From Candidatus Bathyarchaeota archaeon (GTDB lineage Archaea > Thermoproteota > Bathyarchaeia > Bathyarchaeales > Bathycorpusculaceae), in contig CAWABA010000011.1 of NCBI GenBank assembly GCA_963780185.1, positions 231,402 through 295,401 on the forward strand: a stretch of 64,000 nucleotides of DNA. The letters run 5' to 3'. Made by a program: the position numbers and the translations under genes. Below are positions 41,117 through 50,898 of this stretch, one piece after another; the first letter of the stretch is position 1, and each line of letters opens with the position of its first letter. The notes under the pieces are model-generated. The model did no database searches, was not told where the DNA came from, and saw only the letters and a list, made by a program, of their open reading frames with translations.

Positions 41117-42739
41117 ATGAAGAGAGGGTTAATTGTAACTTTAGCAGTAATCGTCATCGTTATCGTCGCGGTCTCGGCTTTCGCAGCTATGGGCGACTTC
41201 GAGTTGTTGTCACCGTCGGCGCAGGTGGCTGCTAAAAAACCGTTTTATGTGGGCGTGACCTACTGCGGCGATAACGTTACAGAAGCTTATCAGTTAGTTG
41301 ACAAGGTGAAGGGTTACACTAACCTGTTTGTCGTGCAGTCTGGTCCCTTGATGAATAACCTTACCGATATGGAGCAGATATGCGACTACGCCGTAAACGC
41401 GGGGTTATACATCATCGTGTACTACTCTCATAATAGTGGCTTAGGGGGTTCATGCGACGCCTTCCTCGCAAACGCAACTGCCCGATACGGCAGCCACTTC
41501 CTCGGAGTGTACTTTGACGATGAACCCGGCGGGAAAATGATCGACGACTCAGTAAACCTCTATGACAACGAGACTGGAGCGTCGATTTACAAAGAAACAG
41601 GCGGAACAATGTCTGTCACCTACGGTTTAGGTCCTTGTTATTTGTCTTTTCGGCCCTCAGGTCAAATCGACGTTTCGAACTCATCATATTTGAATGAAAA
41701 CGTAGGTGGAGTAAGCAACGTTAGCGTCTCGACGAACAAAAACGTCAGCTACTACCCAAATGGTACCATCACAGCTCAAACGTTCGTCTCCTTATCATTC
41801 AGTAATGGGACCTGGGTAAATACCAGTGAAGACCCAATAGTCTATGAGCCAAACGGCACCGTAATCTGCGGAAACGAAACAACAAAGACTGGCGAAGGGA
41901 TTTTGCTGTGGAGCCCCATGGGTGATGAAGACCAAAACATAACAACAACCCAACAACCCATAACTAACCCGGGTACCATCGCTCAGTTTGAAGTGTATCA
42001 GCAACTGTGGGATTCGCGTCCGCTCCAAACATCCGCTGAAGCAGCGCGGGCTTATTTGGACACTGAACGCAGTATCTTGGGCTCCATAGGCAACCAATCA
42101 AATGTGCAGCTTTTCACTGCTGACTATGCGCTGGATTGGTACGATTACCATGCAGGCTACGACGTGGTTTTGGGGGAACTCGGATGGAACCAATCCTTCA
42201 CGCAAAGTATCGATCAGGTCCGAGGCGCAGCGGACATGGCGGGAAAGAACTGGGGTACAATGATTGCTTGGGCAAGCATTGCTCCGCCGAGTCTGCTGAC
42301 AGGAGACCAAATGTACACTGCCCTGCAGCAATCCTATGAATCCGGCGCAAAATACGCCGTCGTCTTCAACTATATCGGTGACCAGCAAGGGCACGGCGGC
42401 ATCAGCAACTCATCCATTCCAAGCTGTCTCTTGCAGGACACGCAGTTCGCCGCAATCCAGAAGTTCTGGACAAAGATCGTGCAGAACCCCAAAGAAACCA
42501 ACAACGTCAAAGCACAGGATGCACTGGTTTTACCCGCAAATTTCGGCGGATCCATGCGCAATCAAGGCGAAGGCACATGGGGCATCTGGCATTCAGGCTC
42601 CACCTCACTGCAGGTTTGGAACACGCTGCAGACGTCCCTTCACAAGTACGGGTCGAAACTAGACATAGTCTACGACGACCCAGCATACCCCACGGCTGGA
42701 GAGTACCGACACGTTACCTACTGGAACCAAACCGCCTGA
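41117..42739 (+). CDS. secreted/surface hypothetical protein
   Basis: signal or anchor helix; YFDDEPGG; many N-x-S/T sequons. Confidence 0.75.
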   Translation: MKRGLIVTLAVIVIVIVAVSAFAAMGDFELLSPSAQVAAKKPFYVGVTYCGDNVTEAYQLVDKVKGYTNLFVVQSGPLMNNLTDMEQICDYAVNAGLYIIVYYSHNSGLGGSCDAFLANATARYGSHFLGVYFDDEPGGKMIDDSVNLYDNETGASIYKETGGTMSVTYGLGPCYLSFRPSGQIDVSNSSYLNENVGGVSNVSVSTNKNVSYYPNGTITAQTFVSLSFSNGTWVNTSEDPIVYEPNGTVICGNETTKTGEGILLWSPMGDEDQNITTTQQPITNPGTIAQFEVYQQLWDSRPLQTSAEAARAYLDTERSILGSIGNQSNVQLFTADYALDWYDYHAGYDVVLGELGWNQSFTQSIDQVRGAADMAGKNWGTMIAWASIAPPSLLTGDQMYTALQQSYESGAKYAVVFNYIGDQQGHGGISNSSIPSCLLQDTQFAAIQKFWTKIVQNPKETNNVKAQDALVLPANFGGSMRNQGEGTWGIWHSGSTSLQVWNTLQTSLHKYGSKLDIVYDDPAYPTAGEYRHVTYWNQTA

Positions 42740-42840
42740 GACAGAAAGCCAAAAAGTTCATGTTTTACCTGATTGCGTGCGCCTTTTGTGAAGTCTTTTT
42801 TGCTGATGACCGACAATTTTAAGGGATGCCGTAGACATAT

Positions 42841-43053
42841 ATGTTTATGGTGATGCTTACGTCTAAGAAGACCACTGTTATCTTGCGCGATGATGTGTAC
42901 CAAACCCTGAAAGAAAAAGCAGGAGCCAGAAACATATCAAACGAGATAAACAGGATATTGATTGAACATTTCGCTAAGACAGAGAGCATGTTCGGGACGA
43001 TGAAGAAAACCAGCACCTCAGACCTTAGAGACCACAGGGATCGCTGTCTATGA
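42841..43053 (+). CDS. vapB: VapB-like antitoxin (RHH-type)
   Basis: 70 aa, KTTVILRDDVY; overlaps the PIN gene (ATGA). Confidence 0.8.
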   Translation: MFMVMLTSKKTTVILRDDVYQTLKEKAGARNISNEINRILIEHFAKTESMFGTMKKTSTSDLRDHRDRCL

Positions 43054-43439
43054 GGTACGTAATAGACTCCTATGCTTGGATCGAATACTTCATGGGGACG
43101 GAAGCCGGAGAAAATGCTAGGTCGATAATTGAAAATTCTGAAGAGAAAATAACCCCTACCATTTGCCTTTCAGAAGTTTACGCTAAGACCCTTAAGACTA
43201 AAGGGCTGGAACTTGCCGAGGGACAGAAAGCCTACATCAAAGAAAAAAGTGCACTTGCACAACTGGACGAGCCGATTGCAGTGGAGGCCGCCAAAACAGA
43301 CGTCCGCATGAAAAAAGAAATCGACGGCTGGGGACTGGCAGACTCGATTGTGTACGCAACTGCACTGGTTAAGAAAGCAGAGGTTGTGACTGGAGACCAA
43401 CATTTTCGAAACCTCAAAAATGTTGTTTTCATAAAATAA
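43050..43439 (+). CDS. vapC: VapC PIN-domain toxin
   Basis: VIDSYAWIEY, SEV, LADSIVYATA, TGDQHF. Confidence 0.92.
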   Translation: MRYVIDSYAWIEYFMGTEAGENARSIIENSEEKITPTICLSEVYAKTLKTKGLELAEGQKAYIKEKSALAQLDEPIAVEAAKTDVRMKKEIDGWGLADSIVYATALVKKAEVVTGDQHFRNLKNVVFIK

Positions 43440-43473
43440 TCAAGTATGCTGAAACTTAAGTTCAGACTTTATT

Positions 43474-43902
43474 CTACAACATGTACATGATTATGTAGAA
43501 TATTTCTCCTGAGAGGAACGCGAACCACCAGATGTAGAAAAGAGGCGACGTCAAGATATGGTGAATACGATTCAGCTTCTTTGTTTTAAGCGCCCAAAAA
43601 CCGGTGACGAGCACAATGATTTCTAGTGACATAACAACAATTGCTACGGGCACATGCACTACCATGAAATAAATGTTCAGAAGCGGCGTCATTTTCAGAG
43701 TTTCGCCGTTCACTGCTCCGCCAAATGTTCGATAAACCATGTAGCCGATTGAAACCGAAAGATCCCAAACGACAGCAGCGAACCCGGTGATAGGATGAAA
43801 ACGCTTCTTGCTTCTTCCGCTTAAGTACGCGTGGACAAAGAGGAATGCCACGGGAATCAAGGCGACTGCGACAAATGTGCTTGCAAACGGGGTAGCGGTC
43901 AT
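43474..43902 (-). CDS. four-TM membrane protein (DUF420-like)
   Basis: 4 TMs with spaced His residues. Confidence 0.65.
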   Translation of the reverse strand: MTATPFASTFVAVALIPVAFLFVHAYLSGRSKKRFHPITGFAAVVWDLSVSIGYMVYRTFGGAVNGETLKMTPLLNIYFMVVHVPVAIVVMSLEIIVLVTGFWALKTKKLNRIHHILTSPLFYIWWFAFLSGEIFYIIMYML

Positions 43903-43945
43903 TATGCTTCACCAATGTTTCATTGGGGTACGCTGGGCTTGCTAA

Positions 43946-44764
43946 TTAAGAATTTGGCTTTGTAGTTTGTGTTTGGCTTGGCGGCTGAGTTATTTTTGCG
44001 ATGACCACTCCGCCAGATAGGATGCTGTTGTTTAGGAAGGTTATTTCTTTTCCAGAATCCAAGAGAATAACCGTGTTCAAAGGGGTTATTTCTTTGATTG
44101 CGCCTTGCTCGTTCATGAATGAAGTTACCACTCGGTCACCCACAACGTAATGCAGCCTCCCTTCTTTTAGAAATTCATTTTCATGAACCGCCGTTATAAT
44201 AACTCCACCTGACGCGATTGCACTGTTTGGAATTGTGACGTGACCAACATCCGTTTGAATTCTCATGACAAGGGCGCTCATTTCGATGACTTTTCCAGGT
44301 ATATTGTTGACCATCACGCTGTCGCCTACCTTGAACCTGTAATTCGCGAAAACCAGAAACCCTGATAGGAGGCTGCCGACAAACGTGGAGATGACTAAGC
44401 CTGCGGTGATTGAAATTATTCCCGCGCCTGTCAAAAGGTCTGTTGAGCGTACACCGATGGTTTCTAAGATTCCAAAAGCAGCGAATAACAATGCAATTAG
44501 AATCATCACGTAGTAGAGTATTGTTGACACTTGGGTTCCCATTCGCTGAGCTATAAAGCGTCTAAACCGCAGGATGATTCCTACGGCAGCCAACGCAAAA
44601 CCAATAATTATGATTATGTTCACGGCTTCGCCAAAAATCTGCGAAAAGCTAATGGGTTGAGGCTCAATGAACTGGTTAAAGAGGTAGAGGACGGCAACCG
44701 TCAAAACCAAAGTTACGACTAGGTAAAAGATGAGTCTTCTCAATGAGGGAATGACGCTAGCCAT
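43946..44764 (-). CDS. mscS: MscS-family mechanosensitive channel
   Basis: TMs then FKVGDSV...G.V..M..L...IPNS; duplicated beta domain. Confidence 0.85.
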   Translation of the reverse strand: MASVIPSLRRLIFYLVVTLVLTVAVLYLFNQFIEPQPISFSQIFGEAVNIIIIIGFALAAVGIILRFRRFIAQRMGTQVSTILYYVMILIALLFAAFGILETIGVRSTDLLTGAGIISITAGLVISTFVGSLLSGFLVFANYRFKVGDSVMVNNIPGKVIEMSALVMRIQTDVGHVTIPNSAIASGGVIITAVHENEFLKEGRLHYVVGDRVVTSFMNEQGAIKEITPLNTVILLDSGKEITFLNNSILSGGVVIAKITQPPSQTQTTKPNS

Positions 44765-44942
44765 CTTGATTCTACATAGCCATAAGTTGCAAGCATATTT
44801 CTATAGTTTTCTTAATTGACCAATAGTTCCGATGTCTGCATCTGACTAGAAACATATATGAGCACAGGAAAAAGAGCAGTTCTCTTAATTTTTTAGACAA
44901 TTAAAGACATTTTCGTACGAGCCATTTATATCCGAGCGCTAT

Positions 44943-46763
44943 GTGCTGTGGCTATTCGAGAAGGACAAGAACAAAGTGAAGTCTCCAAGAGCTTCTCGCG
45001 AGTTAGGTTATCTTCGAAAATGGGTTCCGATTGCTCTTTTGATAGGCATAGTCAGCGGAGTGGGAAGTATTGTTTTCTATGAAGCAATTAGATTCGTAAG
45101 TACTGAATTGCTCGGCGGCGTCGCTGGTTTCTTTGCGCCTTCACCAGTCGGAGAAGGCGGAAGCTTAGGATTAATTTCTTCCCGTCTTTACTTGATTCCG
45201 ATAGTAACCACCGTTGGAGGACTCTTAAGCGGTATTCTCGTCTACGGCTTAGCACCAGAAGCTGAGGGACATGGAACTGACGCGGCAATCGATGCTTTTC
45301 ACAATAAAAAAGGTGAGATTCGATCCAGAACACCTTTAGTTAAGCTTGCAGCCTCGGCAATAACGATCGGTTCTGGAGGAAGTGCGGGCAGAGAAGGTCC
45401 GACAGCGCAGATAGGCGCAGGGTTCGGTTCTTTTCTAGGAAGGAGACTTCATCTTAGTTCAAAAGACAGAAGAATCGCACTTGCGGTTGGCATAGGCGCA
45501 GGAATCGGCTCCATCTTCAAGGCCCCCTTTGGTGGAGCCATACTTAGCACCGAGATTCTTTACATAGGAGATTTTGAGGTGGAGACGTTGCTGCCTGCTT
45601 TCATAGCTTCAACTGTGGGCTACAGCATATTTGCCTCCTACACGGGATGGACGCCGATATTCGGTTACCTGAATCTAGGTGCTTTCAATGACCCGCTTAA
45701 TCTGCCCTTTTACGCCGTTTTGGGTATTGTCTGCGGTTTAGTGGGAATCGTATATGTCAAAGGATTCTACGGCATACGGGCTTATTTTCAAAGTTTAAGA
45801 ATGCCACGTTTTCTGAAGCCCGCTCTGGGCGGATTGCTAGTGGGTATTATTGGAATGTTTCTTCCGCAAGTTCTTGGCATGGGTTATGGTTGGCTTCAGA
45901 TAGCGATGAGCGGCAACTTTGTCTTGCTCCCTATAATTTTGATTCCGGTAATCATCGTGGCCAAGATAGTTGCTACTTCTCTTACTGTTGGTTCAGGAGG
46001 AAGCGGAGGAGTCTTCGCACCTGCCCTGATGATAGGCGGCTTACTGGGCGCGTCACTCTGGATACTACTGAACGGGCTTTTGCCGAATTTCAGTCCCGTC
46101 ATTGCCGCATTTGTTATTGTGGGGATGATGGCTTTTTTCGGTGGGGTGGGTAAAGTGCCAGTTGCTGTGATACTTATGGTTAGCGAAATGACTGGCGGAT
46201 TCACCCTGCTGGTTCCCTCAATGATAGCCACCACCATTGCATACGTAATTACCGGGAAGATCACGATCTATAGAAGTCAGGTTCAATCAAGGACTGAGTC
46301 ACCAGCCCACCGAGGTGAATACTCCATTCCTCTGCTGCAGAAGCTTTTCGTCAAAGATGGGATGACAAAAAAAGTCATCACAACTACACCTAACACACCG
46401 ATTTCAGAAATCGCTGAGCTATTGGCGAAGAACGGAATAAAAGGTATGCCCGTCGTGGATGATGCTGGCAGACTTGTAGGTATGGTGACTCTTACAGATG
46501 TGCTCCAGATCGATCCAGACCAGAGAGCTACGACCAAGGTGGGCTCCGTTATGACGCGAGAGTTGATAACGACCATTCCGGACGAGAGTCTTTACACAGC
46601 CTTTGATAAAATGACAAGCAACCAGATTGGACGCCTGCCGGTTGTTGAGCCGGGAGACAGCACAAAGCTGATTGGCATAATAGCGAGAGAGGACGTTTGG
46701 CGAGTCTACAACATAGAAATTATGTCAAAACTCGAAGAGGTTAAACTTTCAGGAAGCGTCTAA
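44943..46763 (+). CDS. ClC Cl-/H+ transporter with CBS pair
   Basis: GREGP, GGVFAP, SEMTG, C-terminal CBS domains. Confidence 0.93.
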   Translation: MLWLFEKDKNKVKSPRASRELGYLRKWVPIALLIGIVSGVGSIVFYEAIRFVSTELLGGVAGFFAPSPVGEGGSLGLISSRLYLIPIVTTVGGLLSGILVYGLAPEAEGHGTDAAIDAFHNKKGEIRSRTPLVKLAASAITIGSGGSAGREGPTAQIGAGFGSFLGRRLHLSSKDRRIALAVGIGAGIGSIFKAPFGGAILSTEILYIGDFEVETLLPAFIASTVGYSIFASYTGWTPIFGYLNLGAFNDPLNLPFYAVLGIVCGLVGIVYVKGFYGIRAYFQSLRMPRFLKPALGGLLVGIIGMFLPQVLGMGYGWLQIAMSGNFVLLPIILIPVIIVAKIVATSLTVGSGGSGGVFAPALMIGGLLGASLWILLNGLLPNFSPVIAAFVIVGMMAFFGGVGKVPVAVILMVSEMTGGFTLLVPSMIATTIAYVITGKITIYRSQVQSRTESPAHRGEYSIPLLQKLFVKDGMTKKVITTTPNTPISEIAELLAKNGIKGMPVVDDAGRLVGMVTLTDVLQIDPDQRATTKVGSVMTRELITTIPDESLYTAFDKMTSNQIGRLPVVEPGDSTKLIGIIAREDVWRVYNIEIMSKLEEVKLSGSV

Positions 46764-46874
46764 GAAAACAGTATACCGCACTCTTGAAAAAACATCCGTA
46801 AATGCTATTTCGAAATTGTTAATCGTAAAAAATAGGTACTACCTTCTTGTTTCGCTCGTAACATAGATAGACCT

Positions 46875-49412
46875 TTAATTCTCGTTGTTTTTAGGGCTGA
46901 AAGATTTTTTTAGGTTCTTGAAAAAGGATGAGGCGACATGTGGAAATGTCCATGAACCAAAGATGGACTGTTGTCCGTTAGACAAAGCTTCTTCGTGCCC
47001 CATTAGTCTGAAGAAGTGTATTTTTATTTGGTCGGTTATGAGGAAACTGAGCAATGCATAACCCCAGACGAAAGCGGCAAATCCCCATCCGATAGGATTC
47101 ATAAATACACCGAAAACAGCGAACAACGTGCCAACAACTTGAGTCACCTCAGTGGCTAAAAAGAGAATACTTGCTGGCAGAGGGCGCTTCCAGAAATGCC
47201 GTACTCCAGTTCGCGCCAAATAAATAGTCAGGTGTCCCGCAACAGCCATTTTAAGGAAAATCAGCGTCTGCAATGTACCGGCGCTTACGTGGAATACATA
47301 TAAACCAACTAATAAGAGCCCGAAGCTTGAAACGACACCGGTTGCACCAAGTAGAGACGCCACAAGCAACACGCCACGCATATTCCAGCGAACCGGTTTC
47401 TCCTGCACCCTCACATTATCATATGCAATGGTCATGATTGGTACATCGTTAAGCAATGCAAGAATGACGATCATAACTGCCGTCAACGGATAGAAGTTAA
47501 AAACAAGAATTGCGAGGCTGATGAAAATCAATACTCGAGACGTCTCGGCGATACGGTAGACAGCGTAGTTGGTCATGCGTTCGAAAATCTTACGACTTTC
47601 TTTTATCGCATCGATGATTACCGAAAGCCCCGGCTTGGTTAATACCACATCCGCCGCGGATTTGGCAGCGTCAGTGGCTCCAGCAACGGCAACGCCTGCA
47701 TCTGCTTTCTTTAATGCGGGTGCATCGTTAACTCCATCTCCGGTCATGCCTACGATATGTCCTTTTTCCTGAAGTAACTCAACAATTCGGTACTTGTGTT
47801 CAGGAAAAACTTGCGCAAACCCATCTGCAGATTCAATGATTCCTTCAGCTTCACTGTCTGGCCTATCTGTAAAGGATGATGCAAGCACTATGTTTGTGCC
47901 GAGATTAACTTCTTGAGCGATCTGTTTAGCTATGGCAATATGATCGCCCGTTACCATTTTCACTTGCAGACCCATTTTTTGCGCTGTCTTTATTGTCTCT
48001 GCGGAGTCTTCGCGGGGAGGGTCGTAAATTGCAAGAAGACCAACATATTGCCAGTTGCCCTTTTCATCTCCTTCTATTACACCTAACGATCGATATCCTT
48101 TGCTTGCGAAGGTGCTTACAATTTCGTTAACTCTGTCTTCGATTTCTGTCTTGTTTGAAACAAGCGACAAAACAACCTGCGGCGCACCCTTAGCCACTTT
48201 GAAGCGCCCGCCATCACGACTCTCAACCGTGGCTTCAGTCCTTTTAGAAACAGGGTCAAACGGCTTAAAATCAACTACACTGTATCGACTGAGAACGTCG
48301 GCAACTGTATGGATTGACTTGGCTTTGGCTATGACGGCATCATCGATAGGATCATGATTTTCTTCTCTGGACGCCAATGTTCCATACAAAAGAGAGTCGT
48401 CAACTTCGAATTTGCCTAAAGCTTGAGCATCTGCTATAGTAAGTTCATTCTTCGTTATCGTTCCTGTTTTGTCTGAGCATAACACGTCAACTCCAGCCAT
48501 TTCTTCAATCGAAACAAGCTTGCTAACAATAGCTTCTTTTTTGGCAAGGACAATTGCCCCAACAGCCATAGTTACTGTCAAAACAGCAGGCAATGCTACA
48601 GGAATTGAAGCTACAACGAGTACCAGCGCAAACTGCAGAATAACTAATGGATTGACATGTCGAAATAACGCTGCGATGGCAACTGCAGAAACCATTATCG
48701 CCGCAAGAATAATCAAGTAGTTGCCTATCCGTATGACCGCTTTTTGAAAGTGACTTATGGTTCTGGCTTCTGACACCAGTTTGGCGGTTTTGCCAAAGAA
48801 ACTGCTGATGCCCGTAGCTACAACGTAAGCATCCATTTCGCCTTGTCTAACAATAGCTCCTGCGTAAGCAACATCAGAAACATGTTTCTCTACGGGCAGA
48901 GATTCACCAGTTAATGCGGATTCATCTGCCAGTAGGTAGGTTCCTTTCATAAGTTTAACATCGGCAGGAATAATGTCGCCCAAGCGGACACGCACGATAT
49001 CTCCTGGGACAAGTTCCCTTGAAGGTATCTCATGCCACGAGCTATCTCTGAGCACCCGAGCTTTCGGAGCAAGCCGCTTTTTCAACAATTCTATAGCGTT
49101 ATCAGCTTTCCGTTCTTGCCAAAATCCCACCACTGCATTTACTATAAGCAACGTGAAAATAATCGCGAAATCGTCATAGTGCTGTATGATTATTGAAAGT
49201 ATTGAGGCAATTTCGATCATCCATGGAATGGGCCCCCAGAAATAGCCTAAGAACTTACGAAAGGGACTATTTTTCTTTTCAGGAATCTCGTTAGGGCCAT
49301 ACTTCTGAAGTTTTCGGGTTACCTCTTCGGAAGATAGCCCAGTCTTGGCATATTCTAAAAATGGAGTTTCTTCTTCAGATGGTTTTTTTGACTCTTCGGA
49401 GCTCACTAACAA
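46875..49412 (-). CDS. P-type (IIIA) proton-efflux ATPase
   Basis: FWGPIPWMIE, TGES, SIPVALP, CSDKTGT, GDGVNDAPALKKA, ALLND. Confidence 0.93.
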   Translation of the reverse strand: MLVSSEESKKPSEEETPFLEYAKTGLSSEEVTRKLQKYGPNEIPEKKNSPFRKFLGYFWGPIPWMIEIASILSIIIQHYDDFAIIFTLLIVNAVVGFWQERKADNAIELLKKRLAPKARVLRDSSWHEIPSRELVPGDIVRVRLGDIIPADVKLMKGTYLLADESALTGESLPVEKHVSDVAYAGAIVRQGEMDAYVVATGISSFFGKTAKLVSEARTISHFQKAVIRIGNYLIILAAIMVSAVAIAALFRHVNPLVILQFALVLVVASIPVALPAVLTVTMAVGAIVLAKKEAIVSKLVSIEEMAGVDVLCSDKTGTITKNELTIADAQALGKFEVDDSLLYGTLASREENHDPIDDAVIAKAKSIHTVADVLSRYSVVDFKPFDPVSKRTEATVESRDGGRFKVAKGAPQVVLSLVSNKTEIEDRVNEIVSTFASKGYRSLGVIEGDEKGNWQYVGLLAIYDPPREDSAETIKTAQKMGLQVKMVTGDHIAIAKQIAQEVNLGTNIVLASSFTDRPDSEAEGIIESADGFAQVFPEHKYRIVELLQEKGHIVGMTGDGVNDAPALKKADAGVAVAGATDAAKSAADVVLTKPGLSVIIDAIKESRKIFERMTNYAVYRIAETSRVLIFISLAILVFNFYPLTAVMIVILALLNDVPIMTIAYDNVRVQEKPVRWNMRGVLLVASLLGATGVVSSFGLLLVGLYVFHVSAGTLQTLIFLKMAVAGHLTIYLARTGVRHFWKRPLPASILFLATEVTQVVGTLFAVFGVFMNPIGWGFAAFVWGYALLSFLITDQIKIHFFRLMGHEEALSNGQQSIFGSWTFPHVASSFFKNLKKSFSPKNNEN

Positions 49413-49611
49413 GCCTTCGGTTCTACTAGTCGAATAACTGGTATACTGGCAGAATAGACGAATTCATAACATCTGTGCTTTTTAATGTTTACGGGTGTTC
49501 ACTATTGTTTTAACTCAGTCGGCAACTGACGGGTTTTAAGTAGTTTGGTTGGCATAGGGTGAGAAGGCAAGTATAAAATGTTCAATGTTCATCTGTTAGC
49601 ACACTTAATAG

Positions 49612-50133
49612 GTGGGACATAAAATGCCTAAAACACTTGCAGTTCTAGAACTTGAGGATCCCCATTTTACAATCAGCCTCTCCAATAGTCTGCTCAAAAT
49701 AGACTTGAAAGGGAGTTTCAAGAATGAACTCGAGGAAGCGATAGAAAATAAACCTGTTCTCAAAGAAACGATCGGCAGGGTGCTTAGCATATTTGTTCCG
49801 TTGCACATTCGCGTAAGCGACATACATACGGTGCATATGGACGAGAACGGAAAAATCAACTTACGCCTCTCTCATAAACGAAACATAATCATTCCGCTTG
49901 AACGCAAAGAAGACGCTGAAAAACTCTTTAAAAAACTGGACGAGTTGACGTCAAAAACGTTGGATGCGAAAATCAAAGAAGATAATGAGGAAAGGCACGC
50001 TAAAAGAAAACTAAAAAATAAATCTAAAGGAGTCTCCCCGAGTTCCTATGGTACGGTGCCCTACTACTTTCCCACTGAACAAATCGACATCGTTGACAAG
50101 TTCAAACGGAAGAGAAAGAAACAGCAAAAGTAG
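49612..50133 (+). CDS. hypothetical protein
   Basis: 173-aa ORF with a basic C-terminus. Confidence 0.65.
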   Translation: MGHKMPKTLAVLELEDPHFTISLSNSLLKIDLKGSFKNELEEAIENKPVLKETIGRVLSIFVPLHIRVSDIHTVHMDENGKINLRLSHKRNIIIPLERKEDAEKLFKKLDELTSKTLDAKIKEDNEERHAKRKLKNKSKGVSPSSYGTVPYYFPTEQIDIVDKFKRKRKKQQK

Positions 50134-50260
50134 ATTGGTTCTTTGATCCCCCAATTTTGACGCAAGTTCAGCCAAATTCGCGTCTTTTTCGAGTTAAGCA
50201 ATTACTCGATTCCTTTAACATTAGCAACAGTTATATGAAAAGTTCAAGCTTCTCTTTGTT

Positions 50261-50374
50261 ATGTCTGCTCCTAATTGTCCTTGCCCCAAGAAAGATTGCC
50301 CTCGCCACAGCAACTGTCAAGAATGTGTAGATTATCATAAGGCGAAGAATGAACTGCCGTTTTGCGCAAGGTAA
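50261..50374 (+). CDS. 37-aa Cys/His-rich metal-binding protein (MSAPNCPCPKKDCPRHSNCQECVDYHKAKNELPFCAR)
   Basis: CxCx4CxxHxxCxxCx3Hx6PxC pattern (DUF6485-like); TTATAT box 30 bp upstream of ATG; absent from the ORF track. Confidence 0.75.
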   Translation: MSAPNCPCPKKDCPRHSNCQECVDYHKAKNELPFCAR

Positions 50375-50381
50375 GCCGCCG

Positions 50382-50624
50382 ATGACCAAAGAATCAGAAA
50401 TTGAAGCCCGAAAGAAAAGGATTAAGATTCAGGCGAGGTTTTGGAGCCAAGTTGGTGCGGTTGAGCACATTAACTTGCCTAAGCTGCAGGATGCGATAAG
50501 ACGGGAATTTAAAATCTCGGATGACAGGTTTGTTGAGGCGCAGGTTCGGTTGATGCAGACGGAGGGGCGCGTTCGGGTGTAGGATAAAGTGAAGGTTTGG
50601 ATCAAGCCGCCTGAGCAGGCTTAA
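50382..50624 (+). pseudogene. small winged-helix-like protein with an in-frame TAG at 50580-50582
   Basis: reading continues past TAG as DKVKVWIKPPEQA, completing a wing-like beta hairpin. Confidence 0.5.
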
Positions 50625-50835
50625 ACCCGCCATTATTCTTTTATTTGGCTTCTATTGATGTTGCCAAATATGCAGTTTAGACGAAATTGCCTTTTCATCA
50701 ATCCTTTAGATTTTTGTAATATTACAAAACTTCAAGCGGAAACAATGGTTTTCCCTGTTTCTTTAGCTCTCAAAATCTTAAAGGATTTAAGCCTAAACCC
50801 AAAAAGCAACCCGAAGACGACGCCTCACAAAATCT

Positions 50836-50890
50836 GCCGACAGGGGAGGGGGTCTACTATTTACATCAAAATCCCATTGTAAAAATGGGT
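50836..50890 (-). repeat. copy of the dispersed TAGACCCCCTCCC element
   Basis: reverse complement ACCCATTTTTACAATGGGATTTTGATGTAAATAGTAGACCCCCTCCCCTGTCGGC matches modules at 59236-59298. Confidence 0.65.
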
Positions 50891-50898
50891 TTGAGCGC

